Shown: positions 16,645 to 24,551 of the stretch, piece after piece | How the letters are laid out: the number at the start of each line of letters is the position of its first letter | Position numbering within the stretch: position 1 is the stretch's first letter | Assembly (NCBI GenBank): GCA_963653985.1 | Contig: CAVKAB010000001.1 | Span: 10,010-34,560 of the forward strand | Direction of reading: 5' to 3' | DNA from: Bacteroidaceae bacterium | Lineage (GTDB): Bacteria > Bacillota_I > Bacilli_A > RFN20 > CAG-826 | Length of the DNA: 24,551 bases | The notes under the pieces: model-generated | Told to the model about the DNA's origin: nothing | What the model saw: only the letters and a program-made list of their open reading frames with translations | Database searches by the model: none | Position numbers and translations under genes: made by a program

Positions 16645-17652
16645 TTAATCCATCTTTCCTATATTTTCTTTAATTTTTTCAATTGCTTCATTAAAAATTT
16701 GCTGAACTCTTTGCTTTGTTAGATTTATTTTTTGGCTGATTTCTACAAAAGTAATTCCATTACAATAATCTAAAACAACCATTTTTTCTCTATCAGATAA
16801 ACAATCAACTTCTTTATAAATAAAATCAAGAAGATCTTTTCGATTAACAGAATCAATTAAACTCTCTTCACTTGGATCAGAAATTAAATCGTTTTGACTT
16901 GTTCCATCTTCAAAATTTTCATCTAAATTCAAAAAAATGAAATTAGTATTTCTTACATTTTCAATTTGTTTTAAAGTGTATTTATTTTTAAATTCCTTTA
17001 AAATCCGCTCATTTGATGGTTCGGTTCCGTTTTCTTCAGCAAACTTTTTAATAAATCGATTTATATCATTTATCTTATTAAATTCTCTTGTTGAAATAGT
17101 TAACTTTTTATTATCTACATTAATAAACTTTAAAATTTCACTTTTAATGTTTAATGAAGCAAAAGTCGAAAATTTAATATTTTTACTTTCTTTAAAATTG
17201 TATGCGGAATAAAGCAATCCTTTATTAGCAACCTGAATCAATTCCTCTAAAGGAGTTTTAGTTAAATTTGAATAAGTTTTTGCAATTTTAAAAGCTAATC
17301 GTAAATTAGATTCTACTAACTTATGCAAAGCTTCCTTGTCTCCGTTTTCTTGAATTCTTTTTGAAAGCTCGATAACTTCATCTTCACTAATAAGAGAATA
17401 TTTAGAAATAGAATTAAGATAAAACTCTATACTATTTAATTCTCTATTTGAATCTTTTATTGAAGAATTAAACAAATCATGAGAAGTTTTTGATAAATTA
17501 TTTTTATCATTGGATGAAGGATCAATTTCATAAAATTCATTTAAAGAAAAATTATCTATAAAAGAGTTATCAAAAGAATTTATTTTATTTTTATCTTTTG
17601 AAATTTTATTCTTATATTTTTTTTCTTTTTCTTTATTTAACTTTTCTTCCAT
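16645..17652 (-). CDS. Divergent RpoD-like sigma-70 factor (regions 1.2, 2, 3, 4)
   Basis: YLNSISKYSL..E..L, LVESNLRL, ELIQ..NKGL, KFSTFA, GTEPS, LSDREK, LTKQRVQQI. Confidence 0.88.
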   Translation of the reverse strand: MEEKLNKEKEKKYKNKISKDKNKINSFDNSFIDNFSLNEFYEIDPSSNDKNNLSKTSHDLFNSSIKDSNRELNSIEFYLNSISKYSLISEDEVIELSKRIQENGDKEALHKLVESNLRLAFKIAKTYSNLTKTPLEELIQVANKGLLYSAYNFKESKNIKFSTFASLNIKSEILKFINVDNKKLTISTREFNKINDINRFIKKFAEENGTEPSNERILKEFKNKYTLKQIENVRNTNFIFLNLDENFEDGTSQNDLISDPSEESLIDSVNRKDLLDFIYKEVDCLSDREKMVVLDYCNGITFVEISQKINLTKQRVQQIFNEAIEKIKENIGKMD

Positions 17653-17663
17653 TTATCAATCCG

Positions 17664-18920
17664 TTATTCTAAAGTATCATCAAGTCTTTTTTGTTTTGTT
17701 GGATGTTTTAATTTTTTAATAGCTTTAGCTTCAATTTGTCTAATTCTTTCTCTTGTAACGCCAAATTGTTTTCCAACTTCTTCTAATGTACGAGGATGAT
17801 TATCTTCAAGACCATAACGTAAAATTAAAACTTGTTTTTCTCTTTCAGTCAAAGTATCTAAAACTTCATAAAGTTTTTCTCTTTGCATATGTCTATTAGT
17901 ATATTCTGTAGGAGATAAAGTTTCTTTATCTTCAACAAAATCTTCAAGATGACTATCTTCTTCTTCACCAATTGGGCTTGCTAAAGAAACTGGTTCTAAT
18001 GCCAATTGTTGACTTTCTAAAATCTTTTCAGGAGTAATTTTTCCATCTAATTGTTTACTAATTTCTTCAGGTGTTGGTTCTCTGCCTAATTCTTGTAGCA
18101 ATTGTCTTTGAGCTCTTGTAATCTTATTAATAGTTTCAACCATATGTACTGGAATTCTAATAGTTCTTGCTTGATCAGCAATTGCTCTTGTAATAGCTTG
18201 TCTAATCCACCAAGTTGCGTAAGTTGAAAATTTAAATCCTTTCTTATAATCATATTTTTCAACAGCTTTCATTAATCCAAGATTACCTTCTTGAATTAAA
18301 TCGAGTAATGGCATTCCTCTACCAATATAATGTTTAGCAATAGAAACAACAAGTCTTAAATTAGCATGTAAAAGTTCTTCTTTTGCATCTTCATCACCTT
18401 GTTCAATTCTTATTGCAACTTGTTTTTCTTGTTCAGAATCTAAAAGACCATATTTACCAATATCTTTTAAATACATTTTAACATTATCGGTAACTTTAAC
18501 GTTTTCTAAATGGTAAGCATCGAATCCATTTTCAATTGCGCTAACATCTTCATCGTTAAATTCCATGTCATCATCTAAAAATTCTGGATCTTCATCTTCC
18601 ATGTTTGCTTCGTTTGGATCAAAATCTAAACTATCGATATCATCATCTTTAGCGAAAGTATATCCCTGAGATGTAAAAAATTCAAAAATATTTTGAATAT
18701 CTTCATCGGATAAATCAAATCTTTCAATTTCATCTGTTAATACTTGTTGATCTATGATTTTAGTATCACTATTTTCATTTAAAAAATTAACCAAAATTGA
18801 ATCAAGAGTTTCAACATCACCTTCATTCTCGTCATCAGAATTTTCGTTTAAATCAGCATCTTTGCTAATTTTTTTAACTAATTTATTTAATTCTTCTTCG
18901 TTATAGTTATTTTTTTTCAT
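17664..18920 (-). CDS. rpoD: Primary sigma factor RpoD/SigA
   Basis: Acidic region 1.1, [43 protein letters not shown]; follows dnaG. Confidence 0.98.
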   Translation of the reverse strand: MKKNNYNEEELNKLVKKISKDADLNENSDDENEGDVETLDSILVNFLNENSDTKIIDQQVLTDEIERFDLSDEDIQNIFEFFTSQGYTFAKDDDIDSLDFDPNEANMEDEDPEFLDDDMEFNDEDVSAIENGFDAYHLENVKVTDNVKMYLKDIGKYGLLDSEQEKQVAIRIEQGDEDAKEELLHANLRLVVSIAKHYIGRGMPLLDLIQEGNLGLMKAVEKYDYKKGFKFSTYATWWIRQAITRAIADQARTIRIPVHMVETINKITRAQRQLLQELGREPTPEEISKQLDGKITPEKILESQQLALEPVSLASPIGEEEDSHLEDFVEDKETLSPTEYTNRHMQREKLYEVLDTLTEREKQVLILRYGLEDNHPRTLEEVGKQFGVTRERIRQIEAKAIKKLKHPTKQKRLDDTLE

Positions 18921-20769
18921 CTTTTAAAACCTCCTTGTTCAATTGATTTTCATTCTTTTTTACATTAATAATAGCATTTAGATAAAATTTATCATTTTCG
19001 CTATTAGCATTTTTAACCAAATTCTTTCTTAATTCAGAATTTTTATGAATTGTCTTTTCAACATTAAGATTATTTATTAAATCTTTTATAATTTCTTCTG
19101 AATAAGAATCATAAATTCTCATTTTATATATATCGTTTGTAGAATCAATAATTCCATTAAGTAATTCTTTATTTTCGAAATCAGAATTTACAAACTTAAT
19201 AAAGTTATCTTTAGAAATATCTTCTTCTTGATTTTTTTCGTAATAAGAACAAATTTCATCATAAATATCACTATAAACTTTATTAGAAAATAAATTCTCA
19301 TCTTCACAATATAAATTAATATCGTCAATAGTTTTTTTATTTATAAGAGCAAATCTAATAAGTGTTTTTTGAATCTTATCAAATTTGGTTTCTCTATTTT
19401 TAATAACTTTTGACTTTTTTAATTCATTAGTTGAATAAACATTTTTTGATGTTTCCTCAAAAGAAAGTTTTACTCTTTTTCTAAAATAATCGTCAATTGC
19501 TTCAAAAGATAAATTGGTTAAATATATCAAAGAACTCAAATAATTTTCGTATTCAACTCTTTCATTACATTTTTTAACAATATTAATAAAAGAATCTAAC
19601 AATTTTATTTTGTTTTCATATATTGATAAGTCAAATTTTTTTGAAAAATAATTTAACATCCATTTTGGTTTATCAATTAAATCTAATAAAAATTTTTCTA
19701 ATCCTTTATTTTTTAAATTAAAAATAATTTCATCAGCATCCTTATAACTAAAATCTACCTTATTATTTACTAATTTATAACTAATATTTTCTTTTTCAAA
19801 TAAATCAGTAATATTTAGCATTGCATTTTGTCCAGGCTCATCTAAATCTAAACACAAATTAACTTGGCAGTTAAGTTTTTTTAAAATTTTTAAATGATCA
19901 GGTGTTAAAGCAGTTCCCATTAAACCTATAGAATTGTTAAACCCAGCTCTTGTAGCAGCAATAACATCCATAAAGCCTTCGAATATATATACAGAGTTTT
20001 TTCTTCTTATTTCATTTAATGCATTATAATAATTATATAAAATCGTAGATTTATTAAAAACTTTTGTGCTATTTGTATTAACATATTTTCTTTCAATCTT
20101 ATCAAAAGTAATAGCTCTACAGCTAAAACCAACAATATTACCTTCTAAATCTTGAATTGGAAAAGAAATTCTACCTGCATTTTTATCGCTAGAATCTGTG
20201 TTTAAATCAATTATTCCAGTCTTACTTATATCTTTTAAGGAATAGCCTTTCTTTTTTAAATATTCAATAATGATTTTCCCATCACTTAAAGAATAACCAA
20301 TTTTAAATTTTTTAATTACGTCGGAATCTAATCCACGTTTTGATAAATAATCTCTAGCTTTTTCAGCTTCTTTTGTCTGGTTTAAACTTCCTTCATAGAA
20401 AAATGAAATATCTTTTAAAATTTTTAAAATCAATTCTCTTTCTTTATCAACATATCTATTTTCATATCTTGATATTTCAGGCAATTCAAATCCACAAATT
20501 TGAGCAATTTTTTTATAAGCATCTAAATTATTAGAATAATGCTCAATTTCTTTTACAAAACTTATAACATTTCCACTTGCTCCACAAGAAAAGCATTTAT
20601 AAACTTGCTTTTCAGGTGAAACGTAAAAATTTCCAAGTGATTTATCATCATGAAAAGGGCATAAACATGTATAGTTTTTGCCTTTCTTTTCTAATTGATA
20701 ATAAGCAGATATAACCTTTACTATATCTGCTTTATTTAAAACAACATTATATAAATCGTTATTTTGCAT
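18907..20769 (-). CDS. dnaG: DNA primase
   Basis: CPFHDD..CFSC zinc finger, KYVN, EGFMDV, MGTA, DLDEPG, KDADE. Confidence 0.97.
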   Translation of the reverse strand: MQNNDLYNVVLNKADIVKVISAYYQLEKKGKNYTCLCPFHDDKSLGNFYVSPEKQVYKCFSCGASGNVISFVKEIEHYSNNLDAYKKIAQICGFELPEISRYENRYVDKERELILKILKDISFFYEGSLNQTKEAEKARDYLSKRGLDSDVIKKFKIGYSLSDGKIIIEYLKKKGYSLKDISKTGIIDLNTDSSDKNAGRISFPIQDLEGNIVGFSCRAITFDKIERKYVNTNSTKVFNKSTILYNYYNALNEIRRKNSVYIFEGFMDVIAATRAGFNNSIGLMGTALTPDHLKILKKLNCQVNLCLDLDEPGQNAMLNITDLFEKENISYKLVNNKVDFSYKDADEIIFNLKNKGLEKFLLDLIDKPKWMLNYFSKKFDLSIYENKIKLLDSFINIVKKCNERVEYENYLSSLIYLTNLSFEAIDDYFRKRVKLSFEETSKNVYSTNELKKSKVIKNRETKFDKIQKTLIRFALINKKTIDDINLYCEDENLFSNKVYSDIYDEICSYYEKNQEEDISKDNFIKFVNSDFENKELLNGIIDSTNDIYKMRIYDSYSEEIIKDLINNLNVEKTIHKNSELRKNLVKNANSENDKFYLNAIINVKKNENQLNKEVLKDEKK

Positions 20770-22132
20770 TTATTTTTTCTAATAATATATTTTTAAGATC
20801 CTTTAATAATACAGTTTCTTGTTTCATTGAATCTCTTTCACGAATTGTGACTGTTCCATGTTCTTTTGTATCGAAATCAATTGTTACACAGAAAGGAGTT
20901 CCAATTTCATCATTTCTTCTATATCTTTTTCCAATACTGCCACTTTCATCAAACGAAACATTCATGTATGGTAATAATTCTTGAAAAACTTCTCTTGCTT
21001 GATCAGATAATTGCTTGCTTAATGGTAAAATTGCAGCTTTAATTGGTGCAATAAATGGCTTTAAGTGCATGACTTTTCTTGTATCATTTTCATTAATAAC
21101 TTCTTCATCATAAGCATCACAAACTGTCATTAAAAATAATCTATCTAAACCAAGAGATGGTTCAATACAATAAGGTACATATTTATTACCTGTTGTTGCA
21201 TCAAAATAATCTAATGATTCTTTTGAAAATTCTTGATGTCTCTTTAAATCATAATCAGTTCTATCAGCAATACCCCATACTTCACCCCAACCAAATGGGA
21301 ATTTGTATTCAATATCTGTAGTTGCTTTTGAATAGAAAGCAAGTTCAGCAGGTTCATGATCTCTGAATCTTAAGTTTTTCTCGTTAATACCAAGTGTTTT
21401 AACAAAATTAATAGAATAATTTTTCCAATATTTGAACCACTCTAAATCAGTACCAGGTTCACAAAAGAATTCTAATTCCATTTGAGTAAATTCTCTTGTT
21501 CTAAAAGTAAAATTACCTGGAGTAATTTCATTTCTAAATGATTTACCAACATTTGCAATACCAAAAGGAATTTTCTTTCTACATGCTCTTTGAACATTTT
21601 TAAAATTAACGAAAACACCTTGAGCAGTTTCTGGTCTTAAATAAACTTCATTAGATGAATCTTCAGTAACACCCATATGAGTTTTGAACATTAAATTAAA
21701 TTTTTTAATATCAGTAAATTCTTTTTTACCACATCCAGGACATGAAATTTCATGATTTTTTAAAAATTCATTTAAATCGTCAATGCTCATTCCATCAACA
21801 TCGACATCTGGATATTGTTTTTTAATTAAATCATCAGCTCTAAAACGTTGATGACAATGTTTACATTCAATTTGTGGATCATTAAAAGTTTGAACGTGTC
21901 CTGTTGCAACCCAAACTTTTGGATTCATTAAAATTGCTGTATCTAAACCAACATTATATTCTGAATTATGAACAAACATTCTCCACCAATAATCAGTTAA
22001 ATTCTTCTTTAATTCTGAACCAAGTGGACCATAATCCCAAGTATTAGCAAGGCCACCATAAATTTGGCTTCCTTGAAATACATAACCTGTTGTTTGTAAA
22101 TGTGTTATAACTTTTTCAAATTTATTTTCCAT
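20759..22132 (-). CDS. glyS: Glycine-tRNA ligase, homodimeric (alpha2) type
   Basis: YGGL..WDYGPLG, LRPETAQG, FRNEITP, FRTREF, IEPS.G.DR, SIGKRYRR.DEIGTP. Confidence 0.97.
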   Translation of the reverse strand: MENKFEKVITHLQTTGYVFQGSQIYGGLANTWDYGPLGSELKKNLTDYWWRMFVHNSEYNVGLDTAILMNPKVWVATGHVQTFNDPQIECKHCHQRFRADDLIKKQYPDVDVDGMSIDDLNEFLKNHEISCPGCGKKEFTDIKKFNLMFKTHMGVTEDSSNEVYLRPETAQGVFVNFKNVQRACRKKIPFGIANVGKSFRNEITPGNFTFRTREFTQMELEFFCEPGTDLEWFKYWKNYSINFVKTLGINEKNLRFRDHEPAELAFYSKATTDIEYKFPFGWGEVWGIADRTDYDLKRHQEFSKESLDYFDATTGNKYVPYCIEPSLGLDRLFLMTVCDAYDEEVINENDTRKVMHLKPFIAPIKAAILPLSKQLSDQAREVFQELLPYMNVSFDESGSIGKRYRRNDEIGTPFCVTIDFDTKEHGTVTIRERDSMKQETVLLKDLKNILLEKINAK

Positions 22133-22149
22133 AAAAACCTCTATATCTT

Positions 22150-22821
22150 TTATATTATATATATCAATTCACTAGAATTCAATTTTTGATTAAAACCTGT
22201 TTCATAAATCAAAGTTAAAATAAAGAAACAGTTTTTAAAATCTTTAATTAGAATATTTTTATCTTTCATCATTAATATATTTACATTTTTTTCATTAATT
22301 TCATCAATAAAAGTAATTAATTTATTATACTCAAAAAAATCAATTAAATTATTTTTAGTACTATAATAATTACCATTAATATTGATGATTCCATTTTCGT
22401 TCAAAATGTTTCTAAAATATAACAAAACATAAAAATATTTATTTTCATTTAAATAAATTGAATCTAATACGTTTTCAAAATCTTCATATAAATTCAAATT
22501 AAATGAATTATTTTTACAAAATATTGATGTTATTTCCGATAAAAAATTATAAAATGCAGCATTCTCTAAATTTACTTCATTTATATTTGTAGATTTTATC
22601 AACTTTAGATTTTTAATCATGTAATATTTTTGATTACCTTTGTATAATTCGATATCTAAATAGCATAATCTATAAATGTTACAATTTAATTTAGAGTTTT
22701 GTTTTAACGCACCTCGATTAATAAAAGTTATCAATCCACAATCTGTTAAAAATTCACAAATTAAATCAGAATCTCGATATTTTGTACAATTTAATAAATA
22801 ACCCTTATAATTATTCATCAT
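22150..22821 (-). CDS. recO: DNA repair protein RecO (divergent, no Zn finger)
   Basis: N-terminal YRDSDLI..LT..G..RGA.K.SKL; sits in the era-recO position. Confidence 0.8.
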   Translation of the reverse strand: MMNNYKGYLLNCTKYRDSDLICEFLTDCGLITFINRGALKQNSKLNCNIYRLCYLDIELYKGNQKYYMIKNLKLIKSTNINEVNLENAAFYNFLSEITSIFCKNNSFNLNLYEDFENVLDSIYLNENKYFYVLLYFRNILNENGIININGNYYSTKNNLIDFFEYNKLITFIDEINEKNVNILMMKDKNILIKDFKNCFFILTLIYETGFNQKLNSSELIYII

Positions 22822-23686
22822 TTAAGCCAATTTTTGTTAAGAAACTAGCACTATTTCTCCAATCTTTAACCACTTGAACAAATAATTCTAAATTAACATT
22901 ATGTCCAACAAGTTCTTCGATATCTTTTCTAGCCAAAGTACCAATTTTTTTAATCATTTTCCCTTGTTTTCCAATAACAATCCCTTTTTGTCCATCTTTT
23001 TCTACAACTATTTTTGCATAAATATTCTTTTCTTTATAAAAATTAATATCATCACATAAAACAGCACAACTATGTGGAACTTCTTCTTTTAAAAGTAAAA
23101 GCATTTTTTCACGAATTATTTCTTGAACCATGAATTTAAAATCACGATTTGTAATCGTTTTTGTATCATAATATTGAGGCCCTTCTGGTAATAATTCTTT
23201 AATTTCCTTTATTAAAGTATCTAAATTAAAAGATTCTGTTGCAACAATTTCAATAAATTTAGCATTAGGAAATTTTTCCTTATAAATTTCTTTTAATTTA
23301 CCAATTAATTCAATATTAGTTAAATCAATTTTATTAAATACCACAAGCAATGGAGTTTCAATTCTTACACAATTAAAAATAAATTCATCTTCTTCATTTG
23401 GTCTTCTACTTGCATCTACAACAAGAAGAGATAAATCGTTATTTCTTATATTACTATAAGTTTGTTTATCCATTTTTCTATCTAATTCTGAATTAGGTTT
23501 ATGAATTCCTGGAGTATCAACGAAAATAATTTGAGAATCATCATCGTTATAGATTCCTTGAATTGCATCTCTTGTTGTTTGACTTTTATTAGTAATAATA
23601 GAAATCTTTTTACCAATAATAGCATTTAATAATGTTGATTTACCAACATTTGGTTTCCCTAAAATAGTAACAAATCCACTTTTCAT
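22811..23686 (-). CDS. era: GTPase Era
   Basis: GKPNVGKSTL, QTTR, DTPG, NKID, KH domain VIGKQG. Confidence 0.98.
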   Translation of the reverse strand: MKSGFVTILGKPNVGKSTLLNAIIGKKISIITNKSQTTRDAIQGIYNDDDSQIIFVDTPGIHKPNSELDRKMDKQTYSNIRNNDLSLLVVDASRRPNEEDEFIFNCVRIETPLLVVFNKIDLTNIELIGKLKEIYKEKFPNAKFIEIVATESFNLDTLIKEIKELLPEGPQYYDTKTITNRDFKFMVQEIIREKMLLLLKEEVPHSCAVLCDDINFYKEKNIYAKIVVEKDGQKGIVIGKQGKMIKKIGTLARKDIEELVGHNVNLELFVQVVKDWRNSASFLTKIGLNDE

Positions 23687-23688
23687 TT

Positions 23689-24087
23689 TTATAACTCACT
23701 TGAATCAAATGCATAAGGAAGTAATTCTTTAACACTTGTTTCTAAAATATCTAATTTAAGATTTCCTAAATAAATTTTGCAATCAAGTGGAACCATTTCA
23801 GAAATAACTTGTCTACAAGCTCCACATGGAGAACATGGTCTTTCTGTATCTCCAACAACCGCAAGAGCAATAATATCTTCTTTTTTAACACCTCTTGAAT
23901 ATGCACCAAAAATACAATTTCTTTCAGCGCAACATGTTAAACCATAAGAAGCATTTTCCATATTTGCTCCAATATAAATTTCTCCGCTTTTTGTAACTAA
24001 TGCAGCACCTACTTTAAATTTTGAATAAGGTGCATATGCATTATTTCTAGCTTCGATTGCTGTTTTAACTAATTCTATTTTATCCAT
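23689..24087 (-). CDS. cdd: Cytidine deaminase
   Basis: YAPYSKF.VGAA, CAER, PCGACRQ. Confidence 0.97.
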   Translation of the reverse strand: MDKIELVKTAIEARNNAYAPYSKFKVGAALVTKSGEIYIGANMENASYGLTCCAERNCIFGAYSRGVKKEDIIALAVVGDTERPCSPCGACRQVISEMVPLDCKIYLGNLKLDILETSVKELLPYAFDSSEL

Positions 24088-24542
24088 GATTGAAGATCCT
24101 CCCCATCTAAAACTTCATCTTGCAATTTAAACATCTCAATTTCATCTTCTTTTTCCATATGATCATAACCTAATAAATGTAATAAGCCATGTACAAAAAG
24201 AAAACTTAATTCTCTTTCAATTGAGTTGTTATAATTTTTTCTATTTTCATCTGCAACATCATAACAAATATAAATTTCTCCTAAATCTTTAGGAAAATCT
24301 CCAATAATATTTTTTTCATTAATATCATCCATAAAAGCAAAACTAATTACATCAGTTGGACGATCGATATTTCGATATTCTCGATTAATTTCATGAATTC
24401 TTTCAGTGTCAACAAAAGTAACTGACATTATATAATTTTCATCTAATTCTAATGTTTTTAGAGTTTTTAAAAATAAATGCTCATATAACTTTTCATAATT
24501 CTTAAGTTCATGAGTTGTAGTGTTATCAATATATAATTCCAT
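24075..24542 (-). CDS. ybeY: rRNA maturation RNase YbeY
   Basis: NREYR..D.PTDVISF, HGLLHLLGYDH. Confidence 0.97.
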   Translation of the reverse strand: MELYIDNTTTHELKNYEKLYEHLFLKTLKTLELDENYIMSVTFVDTERIHEINREYRNIDRPTDVISFAFMDDINEKNIIGDFPKDLGEIYICYDVADENRKNYNNSIERELSFLFVHGLLHLLGYDHMEKEDEIEMFKLQDEVLDGEDLQSWIK

Positions 24543-24551
24543 ATAAAATAT

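Noticed and set aside
16937..17212. 91-aa + strand ORF
   Set aside because: Antisense to the extra sigma gene; its hydrophobicity reflects the reverse complement of Lys/Asn/Glu codons.
1..24551. Genetic code 4 (UGA=Trp), CRISPR arrays, tRNA/rRNA genes, IS elements
   Set aside because: All genes are intact under code 11 with TGG Trp. Intergenic gaps are at most about 130 bp and AT-rich, with no repeat-spacer arrays, cloverleafs or transposases.

Overview
Very AT-rich, densely packed core-genome window from a genome-reduced Bacilli-type (Firmicutes) bacterium. Gene order resembles a streamlined Bacillus subtilis, and an Erysipelotrichales/RF39/RFN20-like lineage is inferred but not proven. Standard code 11 fits all genes. 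The window appears to contain the replication terminus: a 28-bp dif site (2218-2245) sits where gene orientation flips from + (xerD, deoB, PemK-like ORF) to mostly -. Contents: xerD (partial), deoB, a degenerate PemK/MazF-like ORF, dif, yqeG-yqeH-yhbY-yqeK-rsfS, a small membrane ORF, parE-parC, plsY, rpmG (missed by the ORF track)-MBL hydrolase-efp-yneF, ispG, cshB, ispH, and the operon ybeY-cdd-era-recO-glyS-dnaG-rpoD-extra sigma-trmK. Most notable observations: (1) ParC ends in a perfect beta-clamp motif QLSLF, within a xerD-dif-parEC terminus cluster; (2) a divergent RpoD-like sigma directly behind rpoD lacks the WW melting dyad; (3) EF-P has Met instead of Lys/Arg at the functional tip; (4) an orphan PemK-like gene abuts dif; (5) several promoters have leaderless geometry; (6) YqeH has degenerate GTPase motifs. 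No rRNA, tRNA, CRISPR array, IS or prophage was seen.
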